Shown here piece after piece: positions 33,081 to 40,396 of a stretch of 44,043 nt of DNA. The notes under the pieces were generated by a model. It did no database searches and was not told the origin of the DNA. It saw only the letters and a list, made by a program, of their open reading frames with translations. This stretch comes from Cyanobacteria bacterium P01_H01_bin.119 (lineage in GTDB: Bacteria > Cyanobacteriota > Cyanobacteriia > Phormidesmidales > Phormidesmidaceae). Numbering within the stretch: position 1 is the stretch's first letter; each line of letters begins with the position of its first letter. Location: contig JBCDFX010000001.1 of assembly GCA_039177155.1 (NCBI GenBank), positions 1-44,043 of the forward strand, in the 5' to 3' direction. Both the position numbers and the translations under genes were made by a program.

Positions 33081-33398
33081 AATTGTAAAGTACCCGCCCG
33101 CTACAGAGGCTCAAAGCTTGTAGAACCACTACCGCTCAGCTCAAGGAATAAGTTAGCAGTAGCTGATTTGCAACTTGAACATTGCTGGAATTATATAGTC
33201 AGATTGTAACGAAAAATTAAGCTTATTCAATCTGTCTTAAGAGGCGGGTCGAAGATTTAGGTCACGAGTCGATAACGCTCTGAGAGTCAAAGCTTGGCAC
33301 CAAATCTAAAGTCAGGCTCAAGATTCTGCCTCCCGTTGTCAGGGTGAGGGACACTAAGGCCGAACAAACTGCATCTGTTTTAACAGTAAGAGGAGAAC

Positions 33399-33737
33399 AT
33401 GAGCGAGTTTTCTGATTTTCTCAAGCATAAAGTGGCCTATGTTGCTATCGGCGAGTTTAAGCCGGGCACTTTTGCCGAAGCGCGCCAGCTTTACGAGCGG
33501 GCAGTCTCTACCTATTCTCAAGGCTTTAAGGGAGCCTATCTGCTGCAAGAGCCCAACAGCGATCGCGGCATTGCCGTTATTCTCTGGGAAAACGCAAGCG
33601 ATATGGACACTCAGGCATCCGGCGAAGTGTATCAGGCCGCACTGAGCAAAATCTCTCATTTGTTTGTGGCCCCGCCAGTCACCAAGTTTTACGACGTCTG
33701 TAGCGAGATTGGCCTGGCGGAACTGCTGGCCCAATAG
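33399..33737 (+). CDS. ABM-like (dimeric alpha/beta barrel) small protein
   Basis: 112 aa, preceded by a good RBS (AAGAGGAGAAC). The pattern is VAIGEFKPGTFAEA...GIAVILWENASDMD. Confidence 0.5.
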   Translation: MSEFSDFLKHKVAYVAIGEFKPGTFAEARQLYERAVSTYSQGFKGAYLLQEPNSDRGIAVILWENASDMDTQASGEVYQAALSKISHLFVAPPVTKFYDVCSEIGLAELLAQ

Positions 33738-33886
33738 ATAAAGAATTGGGGCGTCGATTCAAGGCAGTCTGAAATCGGGCCGGGTTGCCCAAAACTGGCT
33801 GCTCACTGGCTGCTTTAAAAGTTGTCTTAAAATAAAGCAGCCCAACAAGTAAAGCAGCCCGCTCCTACCAAAACCGTTCAATTTCT

Positions 33887-34144
33887 ATGGCAAAGCACAC
33901 TCAGGCACACATGTCCCGTACCCTGCCCAAAGCGCAGTCAGAGTTTTTTAAGCAGCGGACGCGTAACCAGATGGAATATTATATGGGCGCCAAGCTAATT
34001 GAGGTGGGTGTGAATCCCAAAATTGCTACCTATCGCTGGGCGGTTACGGAAAAGGGCAGCCAGGAAGAGTGGACCTATAGCGCATACTGGGGAGACTCTC
34101 GCAAACAGCTCGAGCAGGAAGAAGCCCAGGCTGAAGGCGAATAA
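33887..34144 (+). CDS. Hypothetical protein
   Basis: An 85-aa ORF. I recognise no family, and only its length and context support it. Confidence 0.4.
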   Translation: MAKHTQAHMSRTLPKAQSEFFKQRTRNQMEYYMGAKLIEVGVNPKIATYRWAVTEKGSQEEWTYSAYWGDSRKQLEQEEAQAEGE

Positions 34145-34171
34145 TGTCTCTCCGGCTGGCAACCCCTACAG

Positions 34172-35554
34172 CTAGTTCAGATGACGGAGCCGCACGATAA
34201 AAAAACCGTCACTGTCGCTGCGGTGAGGCCAGCGCTTAATCCACCCTGGGGACTCTGCCAGGGATACCCAAGGCGCTGGAGGCGGCTCGATTTGCCACTG
34301 GGGGTAGGCCGATAAAAAACGGCGCACGATCTGTTCGTTTTCCGCTGGGTGCAGGGTGCAGGTGGCATAGACCAAAAGCCCGCCCGGTTTAACCCAGGTT
34401 GCCGTATGGGCCAGCAGTGCCTGCTGCAGTTGGGTTAGTTCTGTAACTTTAGCTGGCGATTGCCGCCAGCGGGCATCGGCGTGGCGGTGCAGGGTGCCTA
34501 GCCCAGAGCAGGGGGCATCGATTAAAACGCGATCGCCCAGCGCCTCAAACGCGGGGTAGTGGGTGCTGTCTACGGCGTGGGCTTCAATAGCATTGAGCTT
34601 AAGTCGGTAGCTATTTTGGGCAATTTTTTTAACACGACTGGAGGCGCGATCGCAGGCCAAAATTCGTCCGCGATCGCCCATTAGCTCCGCCATATGCAGG
34701 GCTTTACCACCGGGAGCCGCGCAGGCATCAATCACCGTTTCTCCCGGTTGAGGATCGACTAGGTGGGCCACCAGTTGAGCGCTGCCGTCCTGCACGCTCC
34801 ACCAGCCCTCGCCATAGCCAGGGACCTGCTCAATCGCGCCGACATGTTCACTCAGCCGCAGCGCCTGGGGCAAATCAGGCAGGCGCTCTACTGGAATCTG
34901 CTGCGCCTGAAAAGCTGCTTCTACCGCTTCCAGCGTCGTAACCTGGGTATTGATGCGTAAATCAATCGTCGGCGGTCGGTTTAACCAGTCGCATAGGGCA
35001 GCCACTTCTTCCATGGGCAGCATCTGAGCAAAGTTCTCCACCATCCAATCTGGAAAGCTGTGCTGAATGCCCAGCCGCTGCACAGGATGATTGGGGAGTT
35101 GCAGTACCGCTCCTTGGGCTGCTAGCCGTCCATACTGACGCAAAATCCCATTAACCACGGGAGCCAGTCGGCTGAGCCCGACCCGCTTGGCCAAATCCAC
35201 CGTGGTGTCTACCGCTGCCGAGGCCGGAATTTGATCCAGATAGCGCAGTTGATACAGCCCCAAATGCAAAATGGTTCGCAAATCGGGAGGCTGCTGTTGA
35301 GCGGTTTTTTTGCCCAGCTGAGTCATCAGCGTATCTAGGGTGCGCTGACGCCGTAGGCTGCCATAAATCAGCTCAGTGGCCAGGGCGCGATCGCGCCCTG
35401 AGGCCGCAGCCTTGGCAAATTCTCGCGACAGGGCCACATCAGCAAATGCGCCTCGCCGCACCCGCTGCAAAACGGCAAAGGCCAGTTGGCGGGCATCTTG
35501 GGGCAGAGGTTTGGAAGAGGGCACAGATTCTGAGGAATAGCGTTTAGGCCACAC
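34172..35554 (-). CDS. rsmB: 16S rRNA (cytosine-C5)-methyltransferase RsmB/Sun
   Basis: 460 aa. It has a NusB-like N-terminal domain, the SAM motif DACAAPGGKALHMAE, and the catalytic motifs DAPCSGLGTL and YATCTLHPAENE. Confidence 0.85.
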   Translation of the reverse strand: MWPKRYSSESVPSSKPLPQDARQLAFAVLQRVRRGAFADVALSREFAKAAASGRDRALATELIYGSLRRQRTLDTLMTQLGKKTAQQQPPDLRTILHLGLYQLRYLDQIPASAAVDTTVDLAKRVGLSRLAPVVNGILRQYGRLAAQGAVLQLPNHPVQRLGIQHSFPDWMVENFAQMLPMEEVAALCDWLNRPPTIDLRINTQVTTLEAVEAAFQAQQIPVERLPDLPQALRLSEHVGAIEQVPGYGEGWWSVQDGSAQLVAHLVDPQPGETVIDACAAPGGKALHMAELMGDRGRILACDRASSRVKKIAQNSYRLKLNAIEAHAVDSTHYPAFEALGDRVLIDAPCSGLGTLHRHADARWRQSPAKVTELTQLQQALLAHTATWVKPGGLLVYATCTLHPAENEQIVRRFLSAYPQWQIEPPPAPWVSLAESPGWIKRWPHRSDSDGFFIVRLRHLN

Positions 35555-35621
35555 ACAAAAGGGCGCGTCGGCAATGCCTCACGCCCTGATAAGACTGTAA
35601 AAATGGCAATAAAAAGGGGGA

Positions 35622-35795
35622 TTAAGATTTCTTTTTTCGCTTTGTTCGGGTGGGCGACCCGGTTGCATCCTGGTTACGGCGGCGGCGATCGCGCCATTCT
35701 GCAAAGGTCAGATATGCAATGCCCCCAGTCACAATTACCGTCAATGCAAAAGCCGAAATTGCCAGGATTGCGTAAATTTTGCTTTCAGCCAGCAT
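35622..35795 (-). CDS. Unlisted 57-aa single-TM protein immediately downstream of petN
   Basis: My translation is MLAESKIYAILAISAFALTVIVTGGIAYLTFAEWRDRRRRNQDATGSPTRTKRKKKS. It has one TM helix and a basic tail. Its ATG lies 8 nt after the petN stop. It is below the ORF-track size cutoff. Confidence 0.45.
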   Translation of the reverse strand: MLAESKIYAILAISAFALTVIVTGGIAYLTFAEWRDRRRRNQDATGSPTRTKRKKKS

Positions 35796-35803
35796 AGCGA
35801 CCC

Positions 35804-35893
35804 CTAAAGTCCGTTACGGGCCCAAACCACTAGCGAGATAGAAAAGGTAAAAACAACCAGCAGCGAAACCCAACCTAATGTCAAAATATCCAT
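35804..35893 (-). CDS. petN: Cytochrome b6f complex subunit 8 (PetN)
   Basis: My translation is [29 protein letters not shown] (29 aa), which is near-identical in pattern to cyanobacterial and plastid PetN. It is below the ORF-track size cutoff. Confidence 0.9.
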   Translation of the reverse strand: MDILTLGWVSLLVVFTFSISLVVWARNGL

Positions 35894-35993
35894 TGGTTTT
35901 ATTATTAAACACAGCATCTATCATCATACGGTAAAGTTTGGGGGAAGGTGGCTCTCTGATCAAGCAGTCGCCAAAGCTTTAGAAACCCTTCCA

Positions 35994-36452
35994 ATGGCCT
36001 CCTCAGACGCTTTCACTAACGAAGAACGGCTTGAATCTGCCAAAGTTGCACTGACGGGCGGCGGGGCGGCTGGCCTAATCGGCACGCTGTTTTTACTGCT
36101 GCATCGCATTGATGCAGTAGGGCTAAATGCTGCTCTGGCAATGGCTATGAAAGGCTTCGGGGCACAAACGTTTTGGATTAGCAGCGCGATCGCGGCCCTC
36201 TCAGGGACACTGTTTGGCCTAACCTATCGCTACGCCCTGCGGCAAGATACCAATTCCCAGCTTAAAGGCGGTGTGGTACTTGCATTTGGCTTAGTGCGAG
36301 GACTGGCCCTAGTGGATGTGGCCTCAGCGCTCTACCAGCGACTTTGGCCGTTTTTGACGGCAATTGGCGAAAGCTTACTGCTGTTTGCCGTTGTAGCCGC
36401 GCTTATCGACTGGGGCTTTAGTCAGGGATGGCTAAAACGCTTTGCCGGATAA
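35994..36452 (+). CDS. Hypothetical integral membrane protein (about 4 TM helices)
   Basis: 152 aa and hydrophobic. I recognise no family. Confidence 0.5.
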   Translation: MASSDAFTNEERLESAKVALTGGGAAGLIGTLFLLLHRIDAVGLNAALAMAMKGFGAQTFWISSAIAALSGTLFGLTYRYALRQDTNSQLKGGVVLAFGLVRGLALVDVASALYQRLWPFLTAIGESLLLFAVVAALIDWGFSQGWLKRFAG

Positions 36453-36809
36453 TCGGCAATTGTGAACCCATCACAGCAGACAAGTTTATTCAAAATACAA
36501 AGCTAATAAGCAGGTGCTCTGAATCATCCAACGTCTCGACAACGGCATTGTAAGTCTTCCGACAGCTCAGGGTTACGTTTAATTATGCTCACCTACTTAC
36601 CTGACGGCAGCAATATGCTCACCATTCAGCATACTGAGAAGACTGATCTGCTTTAGTTTTGAATTCGCAATTTTGCACTTTGAATTCCGCATGGCGGTAC
36701 TAGCTATTCAATCTTAGTCAGGGAGCTGTTGATAAACATGGCCCAAGCGATCGCTGTTGTGATGGGTGACAGCACTAACAGTAATCGTAAATCAATCAAA
36801 TCTGAGATC

Positions 36810-37508
36810 TCAAACATTGCTGCCTCCAGCATTTTGCTGTGGAACTTTCTTTAAGTGACCTAAGACAATCATTCGATTGAGCTGCGCACTTTTGTAATCG
36901 GCGTTAACCGCTAATGCCCGCTCAAACGAGCGAAGAGATTCTGGATACAGTTCTAGATTAAATAAAACATCGCCTCGATTATTCCAGGCTAGCTCTGGGC
37001 CTTCCATCCCCCAGCGTTCATCGCCCATAAGCGCCAAATCACAGGAGGCAAGTGCTTTCACGTATTGACCCAGCTTACTCAACACGCCGCATCGATTCGC
37101 TAACCCTAAAGAATATCTGGGACTAAGCATTAGCACATGGTCGTACACCTCCAACGACTCTTGATAGAGACTCAACCTAAACAGCTCGTAGCCCAAATTA
37201 TTCCAGGCCGCAATATTAAAAGGATTAGCGGATACCGACTGTTTTAGCGAGTCTAATCTGCGCTGTCTAATTAGCTTTACTCTATCTTTTATATTAGAAA
37301 AATGAGAATCATAGCTAGCGCTGATAAACTCAAGTTTTAGTGCCTCAATCTGATCTTTTGATAGACAAAAGTCCATCTCTATATGACTTAAATCATAAGA
37401 ACTAAACTGATGACAGTCTTGAACATTAGATGCATCAGCAGGGTAAGAGATTAAGCAACTAAACCCCATCAAAAGACAGGCTAAGCAGAATACCGCAACA
37501 GCTTTCAT
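36810..37508 (-). CDS. Exported TPR-repeat protein
   Basis: 232 aa. It has a signal peptide (AVFCLACLLMGFSCLISYPADA) and TPR-like units (AAWNNLGYELFRLSLYQESLEVYDHVLMLSP...). Confidence 0.6.
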   Translation of the reverse strand: MKAVAVFCLACLLMGFSCLISYPADASNVQDCHQFSSYDLSHIEMDFCLSKDQIEALKLEFISASYDSHFSNIKDRVKLIRQRRLDSLKQSVSANPFNIAAWNNLGYELFRLSLYQESLEVYDHVLMLSPRYSLGLANRCGVLSKLGQYVKALASCDLALMGDERWGMEGPELAWNNRGDVLFNLELYPESLRSFERALAVNADYKSAQLNRMIVLGHLKKVPQQNAGGSNV

Positions 37509-37553
37509 AGCCTTCTCCCAATACTTTAGCCAGAGACAAGGAATCAGAGAAAA

Positions 37554-38156
37554 TTATGGTTCAAAGGCAAATTTAATTGTCTGAATATTTTTATAGAGCA
37601 TGTTTCCCATAACATCCTTGTCAAACACGCTCAATTTCCCAAACAGCGAATCAACTGTGCTAAAGGCTACCCTAGGATCAAAATCGGAAACTTGGGAAGA
37701 AACGCTGCCAGATTGCCCAACACACGAATTAAAATCAATAAACTCAGGTATGCCGCCGTTTGATAACACCAAGACGGGCTCGGCCCCACCCGCCAGCGGT
37801 CTATCCTCGAATCCGTTGATATCAAAAACCTCTTTTCCACACAAGGTTTCTTCAGTATGTTTAGCGCCCGAATAGGGTGAAATATACTCCATCGTAAATT
37901 CAGCCCCTTCAATTTTACTTAATGGAATTGGCGCAGTTGCCCCCTGTTGACTAGGCGTATTGCGAATGGCCTGCTGTAGTGCAGAATCATCAAATACCAG
38001 CTGTCCAGTAAGGATTCCATCTTTACTGGGGTTGCCCGTCGTCTTAAATGAAAAAGTCTCTGCAAAGCTAGGCGCAGCTCCCACTGCTTGACTCAATATC
38101 AGGGCTAAAGCCAAAACAGCCAGGCACCTAACGCATCGATTAAACATATCCTTCAA
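37554..38156 (-). CDS. Hypothetical exported protein
   Basis: 200 aa with a signal peptide (CLAVLALALILSQAVGAAPSFA). Its start lies 20 nt downstream of the ho1 stop. I recognise no family. Confidence 0.55.
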   Translation of the reverse strand: MKDMFNRCVRCLAVLALALILSQAVGAAPSFAETFSFKTTGNPSKDGILTGQLVFDDSALQQAIRNTPSQQGATAPIPLSKIEGAEFTMEYISPYSGAKHTEETLCGKEVFDINGFEDRPLAGGAEPVLVLSNGGIPEFIDFNSCVGQSGSVSSQVSDFDPRVAFSTVDSLFGKLSVFDKDVMGNMLYKNIQTIKFAFEP

Positions 38157-38176
38157 TTCCTATAGTTTTGCTGATT

Positions 38177-38893
38177 CTACTCAGCCAAAGCCAGTTCTGT
38201 ACTGCCGCGAGTACGACGGCGAGTCAATGTGTTAAATAGAAGCTGTCCAACTGCTTTGATAACACTACCCTCAAGCTCTTGAAATAATTTCATATTCATT
38301 TCAAAGGCAAGATTAGCTTCATCGACGATTTTATCTATCCTATCTTCGTCAAGGGGAAGCTCATCTAAGCGCTGCCGATATAGCGTCTTAAACTCCTTTT
38401 CGTTAGCAATATCTTTAAACTCGTAGAAGGCTGTTCCGTCTCCATTAGTAAGGTTCATAGCCCGTTGAGCAATGCCCTTAAGTATTTGCCCACCCGACAG
38501 ATCTCCCATATACCGAGTGTACAAATGGGCAATCAGTAGCTCAGGTTCGGTGTCAGATAGGGTTCTAATTCGTTCAACATAAGTTTGTGTCGCTGGAGAC
38601 GCCGAAATCAGCTTTTGCCAGTCAGCGCCGTAGTAAAAATCTAGATCCTGCTCCAGACTCTCCTGCCGATTAATTAAAGGAAAGTAAATCTGGCCGAGCA
38701 CTGAATGATTTTGATGTCGATCCATCTGAGCTTCCATCTCTGAATATACAAAATAGAGATTGGAAATCAGAGTGCGGTAGGATTTCTTCTCCACAACTCC
38801 TTTAAGAAAACATCTTACAAAGCCAACGTTCTCGGCCATAGTATGCGCTTTTTTTGTTCCTTCACGCAGCTTTTTTGATAAATCAGACCCCAT
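38177..38893 (-). CDS. ho1: Heme oxygenase 1
   Basis: 238 aa. LREGTKKAHTMAENVGFVRCFLKGVVEKKSY ... YTRYMGDLSGGQILKGIAQ ... TAFYEF ... LTRRRTRGSTE closely follows cyanobacterial HO-1 as I recall it. Confidence 0.9.
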   Translation of the reverse strand: MGSDLSKKLREGTKKAHTMAENVGFVRCFLKGVVEKKSYRTLISNLYFVYSEMEAQMDRHQNHSVLGQIYFPLINRQESLEQDLDFYYGADWQKLISASPATQTYVERIRTLSDTEPELLIAHLYTRYMGDLSGGQILKGIAQRAMNLTNGDGTAFYEFKDIANEKEFKTLYRQRLDELPLDEDRIDKIVDEANLAFEMNMKLFQELEGSVIKAVGQLLFNTLTRRRTRGSTELALAE

Positions 38894-38950
38894 TAACCTG
38901 CCTCTAATCTTTAACTAAACTAATCTGAAACTCTTCGAGACTACAGCAGC

Positions 38951-39040
38951 CCGTCGAAAGGTTTGGACAAACTACAAGTCAGACTGCTTTGACACCAATT
39001 GCTCCAGCGATACCAGGTTCAGCAATCAATCTGACCGAAA
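38951..39040 (+). repeat. Intergenic hairpin repeat, copy 10 (plus orientation)
   Basis: CCGTCGAAAGGTTTGGACAAACTACAAGTCAGACTGCTTTGACACCAATTGCTCCAGCGATACCAGGTTCAGCAATCAATCTGACCGAAA. Confidence 0.7.
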
Positions 39041-39175
39041 CCATAGCTTCTTAATCTTTCGAAATCCAATTCCAATAAGAATTGAAAGGAAGCTCTTTAG
39101 ACCCTCTTAAAAAGAAGATGCAGCCCTGACGGTAGCGATATTTATCTCATAATCTATTGACTTATCAGCCACCGT

Positions 39176-39202
39176 AAAAACTAACGCTTCTTCCACAAAG
39201 CG
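39176..39202 (-). terminator. Weak candidate terminator after the psbF-like gene
   Basis: The minus strand reads CGCTT-TGTGGAAG-AAGCG followed by TTAGTTTTT. The stem is only 5 bp. An alternative 8-bp stem, TAACGCTT / AAGCGTTA, spans the stop codon. Confidence 0.3.
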
Positions 39203-39233
39203 GATATCACTCACCGGCCCTAATGTAAAAGCG

Positions 39234-39536
39234 TTAAGCCCTTATTCGCCCCAAAACCTTTTTAATTTCTTGAAACGTTGGCTTGCCAAAGTTAATAACA
39301 TTCCAAAGTATTGATATGGCCAGCGGGAGCAGCACTAATGCTACGCGTGAATCAATGCCGAACAGCTCAACACTATCAGCTAGCTGATTATCGCGCCGAA
39401 TAAATTGCATCGAGGCGATCGCGCCCAAAAACCAAACCGTTGGTACGCCCAGGGCATGAATCGATAGCCATCTAACGGTATAGATAGGATACTCAATTTC
39501 AAATTTATTGGGTTGAGTTGGTGTATCTGATGTCAT
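39234..39536 (-). CDS. psbF: Cytochrome b559 beta subunit (PsbF)-like protein with a C-terminal extension of about 55 aa that contains a second predicted TM helix
   Basis: [33 protein letters not shown] matches the whole of canonical PsbF, including the heme-ligand His. The ORF then continues: [52 protein letters not shown]. Confidence 0.75.
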   Translation of the reverse strand: MTSDTPTQPNKFEIEYPIYTVRWLSIHALGVPTVWFLGAIASMQFIRRDNQLADSVELFGIDSRVALVLLPLAISILWNVINFGKPTFQEIKKVLGRIRA

Positions 39537-39566
39537 TATTTCAATCTCTTATTAATTGCTCAAACG

Positions 39567-39848
39567 TTACTTAATAGATGGCGCCATCTGTTCAGAGCGC
39601 TGCTGAAAATAGCTGTCAAGCTGTAGCTTTGCTTCACCTCGATCAGTCACAATTGGGGCTCCCATTCGGCCAGGTAACGCATAGTACTCGTTGGGATGAG
39701 GCGTGCCAAAGGCGTCGTAGGCAAGTCCAGTACTTACAAACAGCCATCCTGATATAAACACCGCTGGGAAATTGATGATGTGCAATAACCAAAACTGTGG
39801 ATCGGTCACAATATCCGACAAAGGACGCTCTCCAGTATTACCAGCCAC
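39567..39848 (-). CDS. psbE: Cytochrome b559 alpha subunit (PsbE)-like protein, divergent C-terminus
   Basis: GTG start preceded by [61 protein letters not shown] matches PsbE, including the His ligand. The last roughly 35 aa diverge. The protein is 93 aa, against about 81-83 aa for canonical PsbE. Confidence 0.8.
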   Translation of the reverse strand: MAGNTGERPLSDIVTDPQFWLLHIINFPAVFISGWLFVSTGLAYDAFGTPHPNEYYALPGRMGAPIVTDRGEAKLQLDSYFQQRSEQMAPSIK

Positions 39849-40307
39849 TTTATTTCTCCCATCAAAATTTTTTACACCTCGTATTGCTGTGGCGTTTCAC
39901 ATCACCTTGCCGCTGTTAGTAATTCCAGGCAGGCGCTTACAGAACGCAGCGATACGATGACACCAGCTTGATTTAATTGAAATTAATTGTCAACAAGTGC
40001 GAAATTAAGATATGTTAACAAGCCTGTCTTTGGCTTCCGCTCTAGCGCCTGTAATCAATGATGTGTATAGACTATACGGATTGGCTTATGGTTAACCTGC
40101 TGAGGTGCTTTAGAATTCATCAAAATTAATCGATTTATATTGAGAACTAATATCAACTAGTAATGGCAGCAGTTGATAGTGTGATCTATCTATATCTTTG
40201 TTGCAGCCTAAATCTTCGTTCTTAAAAGAACGACAGTAAAGCTAGATGGCTTGCTGAATCAGAGTTAGCGCATGCAAGCTGCGCTGGAAAAAGCGGTGCC
40301 CACAGCA

Positions 40308-40395
40308 ACCCGCTGAAAGGTTCGGGCAGCTTGCGAGTTAGATTGCTTTTGCGCCAGCAACTCCAGCGATACCGGGTAATGAAGCCTGATTAGAC
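40308..40395 (+). repeat. Intergenic hairpin repeat, copy 11 (plus orientation), abutting the stop codon of the 840-aa gene
   Basis: CCCGCTGAAAGGTTCGGGCAGCTTGCGAGTTAGATTGCTTTTGCGCCAGCAACTCCAGCGATACCGGGTAATGAAGCCTGATTAGACG. Confidence 0.75.
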
Positions 40396-40396
40396 G

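Noticed and set aside
33158-33215. Possible degenerate twelfth copy of the hairpin repeat (GCTGATTTGC...CATTGCTGGAAT...TCAGATTG)
   Set aside because: Only short word matches are present, and the outer arms are direct rather than inverted, so the defining hairpin is missing. The match is too weak to count.
36465-36479. CRP-like site TGTGA-ACCCA-TCACA
   Set aside because: The spacer is 5 nt, whereas the established spacing is TGTGA-N6-TCACA. It also lies just after a stop codon rather than in a promoter.
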